64,000 nucleotides of DNA from contig OX597828.1 of assembly GCA_951406725.2 (NCBI GenBank), forward strand, positions 78,058,001-78,122,000, read 5' to 3'. The notes beneath the pieces were generated by a model that saw only the letters and a program-made list of their open reading frames with translations, did no database searches and was not told the DNA's origin. The DNA is from Octopus vulgaris. Its lineage: Eukaryota. The first letter of the stretch is position 1. Every line of letters starts with the position of its first letter. The translations under genes and the position numbers were made by a program. This document shows positions 12,537 through 26,492 of this stretch, in pieces.

Positions 12537-12791
12537 CAGGGCTGTGAAGTCGGAAATAATTAAGGGGTTGTTGGAGTTGGTAAAACTATATTGACTTTGA
12601 TTCTGACTCCATATCTTTATATTCTTTAATATAAACCAATTACAACATAGAGGCCTACTCAGAGTACAAGCGTATGCATATGCTTTACGAGATATGTAGA
12701 CCACAACCACTTAATTACATAAAGAGGAGTCAGAGTCAGAGGTGCCAATAGTAGAGGAGTCGGAGTTGTTAGTTTCAACTTCACAGCTCTG
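12537..12791. mobile_element. hAT-type MITE inserted in an RTE-tail fragment
   Basis: TIRs cagggctgtgaagtcgg / tcaacttcacagctctg; internal ggagtcggagt repeats; TSD atagaaat / atagaaac. Confidence 0.75.
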
Positions 12792-13106
12792 ATAGAAACC
12801 TTGCCAAAGTTGACAGTACAACCCATACCAGCATGGAAAACAGGCATTAAATAATGATGATGATGATGATCTATATGAGTTGGTGAGGGCAATGCTGTCC
12901 AAAGGTTGGGGTGAATGCAGCATCGTTCTAAACTGGTGACATTAATTGGTTGATGTTCGATTGGAACATTTGTAAATGGACATATGAAACAGGGTTTCCC
13001 AATGGACTGATGCTCTGCAGATGAACATTTGATTGGCTGTATGCAAATGAGTTCATAACTGGCGTCCGGAACTCTCGTGAGGAAACAAATTTCGCGCCCT
13101 TCAGAG

Positions 13107-13270
13107 CAGTGCTCCGTGACCGGTATACCGTTGCACACTGGTGTGCTGTAGTGTAATCTAAATATAATTTCCCCCCCTATAGTTTTAGCTCTATTTTTTG
13201 TTCAGGTGTGCCGCCGAACTTTGAAAAGAATATAAGTGTACCGCAAGTGAAATAAGGTTGCGGAGCCCTG
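13107..13270. mobile_element. hAT (Charlie-like) MITE
   Basis: TIRs cagtgctccg / cggagccctg; 8-bp TSD cttcagag / ctttagag. Confidence 0.7.
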
Positions 13271-13399
13271 CTTTAGAGTGTAAGAAGTTAAGGGCCAAAA
13301 CCCTTGCCTGAGTGGGGTTTCTTCTGCTGCTCAACTCCTTTGAATTTCTTACCATTCTTGTGTTGAGAGCAGTATTTTATGCACGTGTACATCTGTGTA

Positions 13400-14522
13400 G
13401 GTGTATGTGTGTGTACATTTATATGTATGATGGTAACAAGTACACATACACACATACACGAAAGCGTATGTTCACACATAAACACACTCGCTAGTACTCT
13501 CTTCTCCCGACACAGACATTTATATGCTCACACGCGTCCACAGACCAAACAAACACACAAACATTTACTTCCCTCTGATATTTACAGATCTACACACACA
13601 CACACACACACACACTGATATATGTTGCCATTTTGACACGTCCAACCACACACATCCATCATCGACACAAATAAACACCCGCTCAACCTCCCCCCCCCAC
13701 ACACACACACACATGATGCGCATTCATAAATACGGTTCTACACCCTGCAACATGTACACATTGACATATATTAAATTCACCCAACACTCAAAGCTCTTCC
13801 ACACACACACACACACTCACCTCCGTCTGTCCCGCACGCAAACACACACACACTCCCCTCTCCTCCCCCACTCTCATTCATTTACAGAACCTTGCACTTC
13901 TTCCTTTTCTGGACACCAGCAGCACCCTCTCACATCAATGTAAGCTAACTATAGTAATTTCATGCCAAGTTATCACACTTAAACACTGGAAAACACTCTT
14001 CATCGCCTTTCTGTGACTCTCATTTTCGTAAAATGCCCGACTCTGTCGCTTGGTGTGAATGAAACACACACACACACTCACACATTCACACACACACACA
14101 TTCACACACATAAATGACTGGATGTTTGGAGAGGGTATTTGTGAATGTTATCTACAAAATATATAAATAAACGAAAAATTTTAACGTATATTTAGTAGAG
14201 AGAGAGAAGGAGAGAAATAATGCCGGGAGTTTAAAATTTAGTAGTATCAAGGTGGCGGTTGTGATTGGGTCAGAGGTCACACCACACTTGCGTCAACCCT
14301 GTGTTAGACTACTGAGCTGATAGAGAAGCCTTTTATGTGGATGCTAGAAATAGCAGCTAAATCTCCCTCAACTGTCTGTATTTTTGTATAAAATGACTGA
14401 AACCGATCTCTCTCCACCCACCACCAAAAACAAAATTAAAGAGAGGTGTCAAGGTTGGAACGTCTTTGATCAAACTGAATAGAAACTGGCCAGTTGCTTA
14501 ACAAGGGCTACGTTGAGTTCAT

Positions 14523-14562
<40 letters not shown>

Positions 14563-15212
14563 GCATGTGACTGCCATCCCTATTCTGGTGAATGGCTGTA
14601 AAGGAAGAGAGGTGCATTGGACACAAGTGTCTCTTTGTACTTTCATCGTTACCAGTTCTGGAGGTGGTGGTTGGTCGTTGCTCAGTTTTACACGCATACG
14701 CAGATAGACACACACACCTATTTACTTACATACACATATATATAAACGTGTGTGTGTATATATATACACGCACACACTTTATTTGTGGGATCGATTAATG
14801 GTTGTACTCATACTCACTTTTCTTTATTAGCGTGTGTGTATGGGCGCCACTCATGCACGTTTAGCCTGTGTGAATTCACCGGAAATATACCACACACACG
14901 CACACATGCAAACAACGTATGTTTGTATGTTGAACACAAAGCATGCGTGTGTACAATTACTTACACACACACACACACCACCTACACTCATTTACACGTT
15001 CGTACACTCTCTCTCATAAACTTTCTGACTCACACTTTCTCACACGCATACTGTCTCTCTTATATACGCACTCTCATTTACTCACATATAGAGATATGTA
15101 TATATACCGTTACAAACACACACACGCAAATGCACACATTCTCTCACACATGTTCTCTCTCCCACATACAAAAACACAACTCAGTACTCAGTGTTTCTCT
15201 GACACTCACTCA

Positions 15213-15254
<42 letters not shown>

Positions 15255-15400
15255 CTCTCTCTCATCATCCCTGCCTCTCTATATCAATCCATTATAAATC
15301 TCTCTCACACTCTTGCCCCTGTCCTTTCCCACCCTCCCCCGCTCTCACATATGCGTTTATAGAAACTACAACAATGTGCATGCTTCAATGCTCACACTCA
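13400..15400. repeat. Degenerate (CA)n-rich low-complexity tract
   Basis: Many interrupted (CA)n and (CT)n runs. Confidence 0.7.
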
Positions 15401-15983
15401 AGAGCATGCAGATCTGAGGAAATGAGTTTTAAGTTGTTATTTAGCCCCAGGTCAATACTAATGGCGCAGACCTGTGATCGGAGATGAATGACACTGCTTC
15501 TATGACGGTGACAATCATTTTATAACTATCACATGATGTCATGACAAAATGACATAAGCACGCACACACACACACACAAGCTTGCGCGGCAGGCTTCTTT
15601 CAGTTTCTGTCACTCAAATACATTTACAAGTTTTTTGGTTAGGAGACACTTGCCCAAGGTGCCATGCAGTGGGATTGAACCTAGAGCCAAACCATGTGGT
15701 TGGCAAGCAAACTCCTTACCACACACCCATGGTTACGTATGTATCTAGGGGTACACTATCCTGGTTACACATCTCTTACCTTTTTAAGGAGGGGAAAACT
15801 GTAATTTGAGAAAGGTTTGGTAGCTATTTTTAGCAGGTTGTATGACTGTATAGAGCAATGGGTTCCATATGGCCATTCCATATAGGATTTTGTTGTTAAA
15901 ATTTACCTGCTTATTCTTTTACAATGCACCAAATATTTTAGCAATTTTTTAAAAATACAATTCTTGATAATATTTAATTATAA

Positions 15984-17450
15984 GGAGGAATTACAACCGT
16001 GTTTCGTGGTCTGCTACCACAACGGCTCCTTTACAGGATCCAGTTAGCTCAAGACATCATCAGGAGGAACCACGTCCGGTTTCGGCACTTACTCCTCTAC
16101 CATTTTGACGTGGCGGGCCCCCCCTTTCGGAGGTGTCTTCAGCTCTGGTGTTGGGTGCATGTCTTCTTTCTTCTGTTAAGTGGCCTCTTCGATGTATCGT
16201 CAGCAAGTGTCAGCCGGTGACTGACTGACTTGTCAAATTTTTCCCTTTAAATACCTGCAGCTAGGCTCCAGCCGGCAGCCCCAGCAAGTTGTCACATGAC
16301 ACTGTCTCACCTTAACTGACTAGTGAAGGTGCGTAGTTTTAGCCCGCGCATTTTCTAAATGACCATCACCTGTCAGTCAGCGAAGCTGATTCAGTGTCAG
16401 CTTGTCTCACCTAATAATGTTATTTTCCACCAGCATGTTATGACTTTCAAGCCATTTTCGGTCTTCCCGCTTCAGCCATATATAGAAGCTGGCTTTTTCG
16501 ACTGCCTCCTGTACTCTCCTTATTAGTTTTCACAGCTCCGAGCTAGAAAAAACAAATCTTCTTTTGAAAAGTGTTGTCATTTTCCTTTCAATGAAGCCTC
16601 TAGCTCCCATTGCCAGGTTATAATATTCGACATTCCATCCCTGTTCTCTGCATTCTTCGATTAGCTTTTCGTACCTCTTCTCCTTTCGTTCCTCTCCGTA
16701 GCCGATGTTCTCTTCCCAAGGTACTGTCAGTTCTAGTAAAATTCCCATTCTCCGGTCTCTGTTCCATAGGACTAAATTCGGTCTTTTTGTTGTTTTTATT
16801 AGTGGAAATACTAATTGTCTTTCCAAGTCCATGGCCACCTCCCAGTATCCCTTCCATCTTTCATCTATCTCGTATACTTTACTTGTAGGCCTGGTTTTAT
16901 ATCCTTTTACCTCCTTGTGGAAGTATACTTTCCTGCGCTTTTCTACTTTTGGGTACACTCCCCTATTGTACCTCTCGATCTTCTCCTTGAGTGCTGTGCT
17001 TATGACGCCGAGGACTTGATTATGCCACCATGTATATCTTTCTAGTGCTAGTCTGCAACTTGACAGAACATGTCTAACTGTCGCTTTCTCTCCGCATCTA
17101 CACTCATTGGTTGTTTTTATGTTCCACCGGACTAAGTTCGCTGGTGAGGGTAGAACGTTGAAGGTAGACTTGATCAGGAAGGATGTTCTTGCTTGTTCCC
17201 AAGCCCAAAGTTCCTTCCATGATATTCTGCGGCTGATCACATATTCCTCCCATTTCAGGCACTGTCCCTGTTGACTGCATTGCACCAAATGTACATTTCG
17301 TCTTTCTTCCTCCTCCTTTCTCACTTCGTGTAACACTGCCTCTTTCATCTCTTTTACACTGCTCTTGCAAAATGGCCTGAAATTTTGCGACCCTAGGCCG
17401 GTTCTAACTTCTTGCATCGCTCCGACTATATCCGCGTACCAACTATATGA
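15984..17450 (-). mobile_element. 5'-truncated HERO-type non-LTR retrotransposon (CCHC knuckle plus restriction-like endonuclease, 3' UTR); pseudogenised
   Basis: ORF 16530-17501 contains STFNVLPSPANL, CRCG..TVRHVLSSC, RYTWWHNQV, RPNLVLW...LLELTVPWEE...K.KRY and GARGF; the frameshifted end is EKASFYIWLKR. RH>WH and RPD>RPN changes suggest it is inactive. Confidence 0.8.
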
Positions 17451-17504
17451 TTTTTTAAACATTGATTGGCTTGTGGGATACATCAATGTACACACATACA
17501 CATC

Positions 17505-17750
17505 ATGGAACTCAGTCGGTTATGACAACGAGGGTTCCAGTTGATCCGATCAATGGAACAGCCAGCTTGTGAAATTGACATGCAAGTGGCTGAGCACTCT
17601 ACAGACACGTGTACCCTTAACATAGTACTCGGGGAGATTCAGCATGACACAGAGTGTGACAAGGTTGGCCCCTTTGAAATACAGGTAGAACAGAAACAGG
17701 AAGAGGAAGTGAGAGAAAGTTGTGGTGAAAGAATGCAGCAGGGTTCGCCA
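17505..17750 (-). mobile_element. SINE C/D chimeric fragment
   Basis: Family-C body joined to the family-D 3' module. Confidence 0.65.
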
Positions 17751-17849
17751 ATGGCCCCAAAAATGGTTGAAAAGCACTGGTGTCTAGGATATTAGATCTA
17801 TTGAAGCAGAATTAGTCAACAACACCACCACCACCACCACCCTCATAGA

Positions 17850-18050
17850 CAGACAGCTCTTAAGGCAATTAGCTGAAGCAACTAAGAAAAGTTCCAACCG
17901 GATCTGGTGAAGGAGGAATGGCAATGATTTTCAAAAGGGATAATCTAGGCCTCATTCAACTGGCGTCTTACAGTGAAGTGGTTACAATACTGCCATTGAT
18001 TCTCTGAGATCATTCTCGATGATATTTCGAACCTCTTCCATTGTTTGTAA
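17850..18050 (+). mobile_element. Possible second HERO-type 3' remnant
   Basis: QLLRQLAEATKKSSNRIW*RR resembles the HERO C-terminal AEAAEKASxWxWxRR motif. Confidence 0.35.
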
Positions 18051-18227
18051 AGTGGAAGTGATGACTAACTGTGTTTGTATTCTTACATATTGTTATGGTT
18101 GCCACTCTTTCTCACAACTGGGAACTGGATTTCTACAACGGAAACAACAATAATGGCTCTTCCAAACTGGCCCACCACCAGGGAGAGAAAATGGGAAGCA
18201 AATTTCTTTTGTGGAAATGAATACACA

Positions 18228-18634
18228 TAGGTACAGGAGTGGCTGTGTAGTAAGAAGCTTGCTTCCCAACCACATGGTCCCAGGTTCAGTCCCACTGCGT
18301 GGCACCTTGGGTAAGGGTCTTTTACTATAGTCTCAGGCCGACCAAAGTCTTGTGAGTGGATTTGGTAGACAGAAACTGAATGAAGCCTGTTATATATATA
18401 TATATATATTTGTTGTGTGTCTGTGTTGGTTTCCCTCCCACACTACTGCTTGGCAACCAGTGCTGGTGTGTTTATGTCCCCGTAACTTAGCAGTTTAGCA
18501 AAAGAGACTGATAGAATAAGTATCAGGCTTAAAAAATAATAAGTACCGAGGTTGATTCATTCAACTAAAATTCTTCAAGGCAGTGCCCCAGCATGGCCAC
18601 AGTCTGATCGAAACAAGGAATAGAATAAAAGAAT
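18228..18634 (+). mobile_element. Full-length tRNA/CORE-like SINE (family A) with internal microsatellite and CR1-like tail
   Basis: ggagtggctgtgt.gtaag...ggttcagtccc head, ggcaccttggg.aag CORE-like segment, internal (TA)n, tail ggc.gtgccccagcatggcc.cagt. Confidence 0.85.
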
Positions 18635-19946
18635 AATGCACAGACCCCATTTGTTTCCTTGTTTATATTGTGGCATGAACAGAGGGGAGGCATATGCACA
18701 TATACAGACCCTTGCTACATAAACACTACATACATGCACATACACACGTGTGCACGTATGCATGTGCACACACACACACTCACACAATTATATAAACAGA
18801 TAAAATGAAATCCTTATCAAGTGTGTGTGTTTGAAATCTGAGAAAGAAAATTGTGTTAAGGTTTTGTCTAAGACTGAGACTGTGTAGGTAGTTTATAAGA
18901 AGTGGACAATGTCGGTTGGTATCAGAGTGTGACAGCTGGCTATCTAAGACAAAATAAACAGCCGCCCCTCTAGCTCAATTAGTGGATTTCTGCATTGATC
19001 CCATAATTCCATTATCAGACACTGTTGTGGTCTGATATTATTTCTTTACTTTTTCTGATAGCAAGTTGAGGTGGGGGTTGCATCTGAGATAATGATAATT
19101 TGTTTCTGACATCGATACAAGGTTTAAAAGTTGTGGAGAGGTGCTCATTTGATTATATGCTACACCCCAGTACATGACTAGTACTTTGTTACCAACTGCT
19201 GAGGGGTGAATAATAAGTTTAATCTTGTCAGGATTTAACACACCCCTATATAATGCCTTTAGCCTTGTATATCCTCTATAGCAAGATATCTGGGCTTGCC
19301 TCTCTTATCACATTTCAGGCTCTCAACAGCTGGCATAGAACCCTTGGCTGTCCTCTCCCTCTCAAATACTGCCCCCACCCCACATTTAGTCAACGAGGCT
19401 ATTTTCCTTTTTCACCCCTCTTTTGCCTTCTCCCTGTCCTTTTCTTGTCTTACAAGTGGTTGCCTTTATGAAGGGCATCCAGCTGTACAAAACCACACGG
19501 AAATTGACACTGGAGCTCAGTGTGGTCCTGCAGCCTACAGGATTGTGTCAAAGCATTCAACACATCCAAGCATGAAGCATGGGCATTAAATGAATGACGA
19601 CGACTGTAAAGAACTGAAAGAATTACTGCCAAGCTTTTCTTTGAATGATCTAATCATGTTGTTTGCTCAAACACTTAATTCTAGCTGCACATCCTCTACA
19701 CCAAGGCCTTACTCATTCCACATGTCTTTTCCTCCCCATTTATAATCCTATAATCATTACTGTGTTTTATCTCCCAGAATCCACCCTTCCCCGGATGTTA
19801 TACCCAAATATTTTGTCCACCGCAGTACCTCTGCAATTCCTTCCCTGTTTGTCATTACCCATTTCTATATACACTCACCTCACCTACAGACCTTCAGATC
19901 TATGACCTACAGATTTGCAGGCACCAACATGCAGGCCTATAATATT

Positions 19947-20175
19947 TATTTATTGCCCACAAGGGGCTAAACACAGAGGGGACAAACAAGGACAGACAAA
20001 GGGATTAAGTCGATTACATCGACCCCAGTGTTTAACTGGTACTTATTTAATCGACCTCGAAAGAATGAAAGGCAAAGTCGACCTCAGCGGAATTTGAACT
20101 CAGAACGTAACAGCAGACGAAACACCGCTATGCATTTCACCTGGCGTGCTAACGTTTCTGCCAGCTCGCCGCCTT
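19947..20175 (-). mobile_element. Young Meta-domain SINE (family B) with perfect 15-bp TSD
   Basis: TSD caggcctataatatt at 19932-19946 and 20176-20190. Confidence 0.9.
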
Positions 20176-20408
20176 CAGGCCTATAATATTACATGCTGGC
20201 TAACATTCTAGTTGAACATCAACTGCATTCAATTGAGTTCATTTGGTGAACGAAACTGTGTTGAAGCCCATCATATATATATATATATGTATATGTGTGT
20301 GTGTTTGCTGTTTGTGTTTGTCACCACACCATTGCTTGACAACAACTGCTGATGCATTGTTTACATTCCCATAACTTAGCAGCTGGGCCAAAGAGAATAA
20401 GTACTAAA

Positions 20409-20678
20409 TGGAAGCATGTGGTTTAGTGGTTACGATGTTGGACTCCTGATCATAAGAATGTGGTTTCAATCCCTGGACTGGGGGACAGGTTGTGTTCTTG
20501 AGCAAAGCACTTCATTTCACGTTGCTCCAGTTGACTCAGCTAGCAAAAATGAGAAACCCTGCGACAGACTGGTGTCCCATCCCCGGTGAGGAATTTATAT
20601 GCTGTGGAAACCGGGGGGTTGGGGGGGGGGGGGCCTTTATGACTCAATATGACTCAAGAAGGAAACCTTTTTTTTTTG
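20409..20678 (+). mobile_element. tRNA-headed SINE with CORE-like and V-like domains, inserted into a SINE-A tail
   Basis: 11-bp TSD taagtactaaa (20398-20408 / 20679-20689); ccctgcgacagactggtgtcccatcc resembles the V-SINE domain. Confidence 0.75.
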
Positions 20679-21186
20679 TAAGTACTAAACTTTATATATA
20701 AGTCCTAGGGTCAATTTGTTCGACTATAACTCTCAAGGGCTGCAGTCCAGTGACTGAAACAATGGAGAAATAAAAAAGAAATATCTTCACAATACTGTTT
20801 TGTAGTTTTGGAAGGGGGGACATAGTGGTGGTGGTGGTGGTTGAGTAATATCATTCTTATTAGTCAGTAAAGAATTACTTATCAGTGAGTGGTTGTGGTG
20901 GGAGGGAATGATATTGAAGTTTTGTGTAAACTGTCTATCTCATAACATCCTTATAGTTTGTTAGAGAATGCAGACCACACCTTGTACTTATGACTAATCT
21001 TGGCCAATCACTTCAAACCTCTTTCTACTCTTCTTCCACACACTCTCTCATCAGACAGACAGACACACACACACACACACAAATATCTTGTTTACATGGT
21101 TCTTCCATTTCCTTCTCTCACCTCCTTTTCCTTCTATCCACAGGCCGCTCTTTCTTTTTCTCTCTATCTCTCAATATAAACAAACA

Positions 21187-21222
<36 letters not shown>

Positions 21223-21275
21223 CAAGATCCAGCGGGGATAGCTGAAATGGGAAAGCCCCCCCCCCCATTCCTGAT

Positions 21276-21460
21276 TTAACCCTTTAGCATTCAAATTACT
21301 CTGTGGAATGTAATGCTTATTTAATCACATTATTTTCAATTAATCATGCATTATCTTGTAGTTTTGAGATTTCAACGACGTGATTGTTTATTTTTGGAAT
21401 GACATTGTAGGGTACGTGTGAGAGGTCAGATCTGGTCTGTTTGAACATGAAACAAGTGGA
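21276..21460 (+). mobile_element. piggyBac-like (TTAA) MITE, left part
   Basis: ttaa-ccctttagcattc start; homologous to 26493-27113. Confidence 0.6.
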
Positions 21461-21845
21461 TTCTGATTCCCCCAACCCTTGTTTTGCCACTCCCTACACC
21501 CACACCTAAATACTTCCGACCACCATCATCTGTATCTTTATCCATCCTTCACGCCACCCACAGCCCCTATTCTTGCAAGTTGCAAGGTGACCGCCCTCGC
21601 TTGTGTTGATGTCGTAAAAGGATAACCTAGTAAACCCTGTGGTTAGTGTTAGGCAGGGCATCCAGCTGTATAACCCATGCCAGGACCAAGAGACTGTAAT
21701 AAGATGCTGTCCTCTCATCCATCAGATCCTGTCAAACTCTCTATCCATGCCAGCATGGAGAGCAGACATGAAACATTGATTTTATGTGTGTGTGTATACA
21801 TGTGTATGTATGTATGTATGTGTGTGTGTGTATATGACTCCTCCC

Positions 21846-21876
<31 letters not shown>

Positions 21877-22278
21877 CACTGTATATCAGTTTTCTTGTAA
21901 CGACAAGTTCTTTGTTTATTAAACCATACAACTATTTGACAATTTTGACTCTATGAATAAATAAACCTCTGCCTGGCTGGTCAGCTGACTAGAAATAGCA
22001 ACCAAATCCTCCTCAAATTGCAACTACAATGTCCACCATGACAGTTTTTATTGCACCTCTCCCCACTGCTGTTGTTATCATTACCATGATGATGACTACC
22101 AGAACCACCTCCCTCTACAATGCCACCACCAACATCACCATTACCTTAAAGACAATACTCTCTTATACCATCAGTACCTTATCGTGACCATCACCACCTC
22201 TATAATCAGAGTATCAAGAACGGTACTTAAAATGTGTTTATGTGTTAATGGATGGGATTATGTAGTTTGTATGTTAGC

Positions 22279-22309
<31 letters not shown>

Positions 22310-24827
22310 ACACAGAAGTTGCAAGCTGAAATACAAAATTTTACATTTGGCACTTTTACATCTTGCTAGAAGCCAAATAGAATTGTTTCTGTTGGCAATT
22401 TTGTTATGTTGGCTACTGGAAGCTGCATTGCTAGTCTTTGGTATTTGTATTTGTATATGATGTATGTGTTGGTGATTGCTTCTAAGTATGTGTGTTGGTG
22501 ATTGTATGCGTATTCATGTGTGTGTGTACACCATGTTCCTTGTTCTTTTAATGTTGTTTTTCCTTTTAATGTTGGCACTGTTAGGGTTTAGATAACATAC
22601 GTATTTCTAACAGGCTTGAACTTGAGCCTCAGTCGTCTCATCTCCAATATTCAACCTTTGAATATCTGATCTGAATTTGTGAGAGAATGAATTTTGTATT
22701 TGGTTACCAGCTCGGCTCCCACTCTCATGCATTGCCTTGTGTAGTTGGACAGATTATATTTAATCTATGAGTTTCTATACACCTAGCTGTTGGGAACAAA
22801 CATGGTTTTATCGATTATTTGAAAACGTTACCTGACTGGCATCACATCCAGGTGGTGAGACACGTCTTTTCTCTTCTCCGCTATTTGCCATGAAACTGGG
22901 TCTCTGCATTGATCATTAAACAACTTTCAAGGCCCAGAAAATACTCACATTATATTTCACCTGGTCTTCAGGAACAGGTTGTAAATAGATTATCTACTAA
23001 GGCGTAGGAGTTGCTATATGGTAAGTAGCCTGCTTACCAACCACATGGTAATACAGTAACAAAAGGGTTAATCAAGAAAACCCTGTGGTCAAACTATTAT
23101 GTTTTTTTCTTTTTTAATTTCAGAAAATACATATCTGCCACATTCTGTAGTATGTCCTAACTTTTCAGAATGTTAGGGTGTGATTTAAAATGTATTAGCT
23201 GTTATTTCTACCAGCTGGTGGTATTGTTAACAATATTTTGTTTTCCTTTACGTTCTGAGTTCACATTCCACTGAGGTTGACTTAGCCTTTTGAGTTCAAT
23301 AAACTATGGATCAGTTTAGCATTGGAGTCAATATAATTGACTTTACTCTTAGGTATGAGATAAAAAAACTGCACCCCTCTGCCAAGTTGAGCCAGTGTGG
23401 TACAGTAAGCTCATGAAACTGGTACGATCTTGAACTCAAATTCACAGCCAACATTGGTGGAAAGAACATGCTGAGACCTTTGTCTTGCAGTGGACTGAAC
23501 ATTGGCAACCTAACCCAAGCTAGCACATAGATGCTTCTCTGTCAGCTTGCCTCAGTCCTAGGTGGTGGTTGTTGTTTAGCTTCGTTTCAGGTCAATCTTG
23601 ATTAGATATTCTTATGCTTGATCTGTTCTCATTTAAAATGATAGGATATACTATTTCTAGTAGTTGGTCAACCCTTTAGAAGCTCCCTCATTGACGTGTA
23701 TGTCCAATGTACACATTGGGCCTCTGGGGTTCTGTTTAATGTGTTAATATGAAGCTAGTATCAGGAGACAGATGCTGTTTAAACAAGCTGCTTGTTTAGC
23801 TTTCATTAATTTTATTGTTATTTTTTTAATTAAATTTTTGTAAGAGTATTAATTAACACACAAAACCTTCAGTTGCATGAGTGAGTGTACAATTTTCTTA
23901 ATTAACAAAACTTGTATCAGAAACTGACTTAACAAAACGTGTTTAAACCCTGAAATATTGCTGAAACCCTCAGATCTTTTCATTCCCCTGTTCCAAAAAT
24001 AACAGAAGCACATTTTCTGTTATGTTTAATGATTCAGTGTCCCCCCTGGGGTCACAGTTTTAAATTGTCTTGTCATCTTGAAGTTATTGGAATCATATTT
24101 TTTTTCTTGTGTTGTTCACATATTATGTTTTTGATTTCCGTTGTTTTGCATAGAGAATTAAAGGTTTAAGGAATTCACACATTTTAACTCTTTTCAAGAA
24201 TATGACTTCTGGCAACTCTTAGAATAGTTATTTTGTGGAACCATTCCATCTGTAAATCCTGGTATCAGTGAAATAAAATGAAGTTAAGTGTATAAAGATA
24301 TGAGATTTAGAAATTGCTATTTCTATAGATTTATTGGGGCGGGGGAAAAAAGAGTGACTGAAGATGCCCCCAACAATTTTAGATCTGAAAGGTTTAAGTT
24401 AGAAACCAACCAACCAACAAACAAAAATATTCGAATCAGTTATTAGATGAATTAATTGAACATCTTAGAATTTTAAATTAACCTAAATGGATTCCATTGA
24501 AGCTTAAAAATCTCTTTGATGGTATTTTGGTTCCACTATCATGGTAAGGATAACTGGTTTAAATGTAAGCATGTGAGTTGAGTGTTTCAGGTGTCGGCCT
24601 TCTGTTTGTTGTGGTTACTTAGCCCCAGGTCAGACCTGATCTGGCAGACCTGTGATCAAGTTCGTTCAATACATCTTTCCTTTAGTAATTGTAGTGTCTT
24701 GAACTACATTATCTAATGTTGTGTTTTTTTGCTTAAGTCAGAATAAAATTTAACTTCCTCAGCTGCTCACTGTCAGAAAATAACAGTTAAACACCAACCT
24801 CAGAGATTAATAGATGCTGTATTGTCT

Positions 24828-25125
24828 GTGAAGGTGCATGGCTCAATGGTTTGAGCATTGGGCTTACAACCATAAGGTAGTGACTGGTCTGTGTGTTGTG
24901 TTCTTGAACAAGACACTTTATATCATGTTGCTCAACATCACTGGTGCCAAGCAGTATTGGCCTTTGCTTTTCCCTTGGATAGCATCAGTAGCATGGAGAG
25001 GGGAGGCTGGTATGCATGGGAGACTGCTGGTCTTCCATAAACAACCTTGCCGGGACCTGTGACTCGGAGGAGAACTTTCTAGGTGCAGTCCCATGGCCAT
25101 TTATGACTGAAGAGGGTCTTTACCC
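24828..25125 (+). mobile_element. tRNA-headed SINE (further family)
   Basis: gtgaaggtgcatggctcaatggtt head, CORE-like gtgttcttgaacaagacacttta, distinct 3' part. Confidence 0.55.
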
Positions 25126-25997
25126 TTTTTATTGTCTGGCATACATTTCAATGTAGTCTATAGTGCAAACAAGGAGTGCAAATATGCAAACATCATCACT
25201 ATCTTTTCAAATCCGGTTGCATTTCACTTGGAATTTTTGGTCCTCCAAACTCGTTTGCGTACATGTTTTCACCTGCCCTTTTTGACTGTAAATCTTGGTT
25301 TGAAAATACAGAACTCTTTTGTTCTTGTTGGTTATTGGTCCCTGCCCAAACTGGAGCACTACCTTCAAGGTAACTATTTGGTAAATAGAATAATAGATTT
25401 TACCAGAGTTACTTCACTTTTTATGGACTTGAAAACAGGAAGGTATTTTTCACCTGCACAGGTCCACGCACACAATCACATGCATGGTGGTGGTGGTGGT
25501 GGTGGTGGTTGAAAACAGTTGCAAATGGTGGAAAAAATTATTTCTCTTGTGTAATGAATATGGCAGGTGTGGTTGTGTGGTAAGAAGTTTGCTTTTCAAC
25601 CACATGGTTCCTGGTTCAATTCCACTATGTGGTACTTTGAGCAAGTGTCTTCTACTATGGCTTCAAGTTGACAAAAGCCTTGTGGGTGGATTTACTTGAC
25701 GGAAACTGAAAAAAAGTTTGTTTTATGTGTATGTACCTATATATATATAATATATATTAATTTTTTTTTTGTTTTTGTCAAGCATCCAAAAAGGCAAGAC
25801 CCCTTTGTCACAAGAATTGATCACTTCACAATGTCCCTCAAAAAGCTAATTTAAATAGTGGAAACCATTTGGATATCACTACATCCATAAAAAATGTGTA
25901 TATATTTTTAAAAATTTCTTTATAAAAAGATATTTAACTATGTGAAACGAAGGCATTTCTCTTCCACTTTTTATATATGTTTTCCACACACACACAC

Positions 25998-26048
<51 letters not shown>

Positions 26049-26492
26049 CGGATAAACAAATTAGATACATTAAATATATTAAATATAATATATTGGGTAT
26101 GAAATACAAAATATGTATACATGCAAAACGAGAGAAAGAAAAAGGTGAAGACTTTCAAATGATGAATTTTTATGTATGAATATATAGATATTTATGTGTG
26201 TGTGTGTGTGTGTGTGTCTCCTTGGCTTCTGCACCACATGATAGTTGTAAATGAGTGTCACTGTCTTAAAAGCAGGGTCATTCATTTTGAATATTCTGCT
26301 TGAACATATCAGACCATGGAGAAATATTACCTTGCATGGAAACAGGTGGGGGTTGGTGACAGGATGGGCATCCAGCCATAGAAAATTTACCTTTCATAAA
26401 CTCTAAGTCATGTGAGGATGGAAAAGTGGATGTTAAACGATGATGATGAATCCATGATATCATTGCTTGGAGTTTTTCTGTGGAATTGGTCT

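Noticed and set aside
22590-22990. Possible decayed LINE endonuclease fragment or host exon
   Set aside because: Multiple stops, no convincing motif and no splice-site pair
22950-24400. Further CTGAAGA/GAAA pairs (22953-22972 minus; 24358-24395 plus); also CTGATGA inside RT YADD codons elsewhere
   Set aside because: No stem I; the coding cases are explained by Ala-Asp-Asp codons
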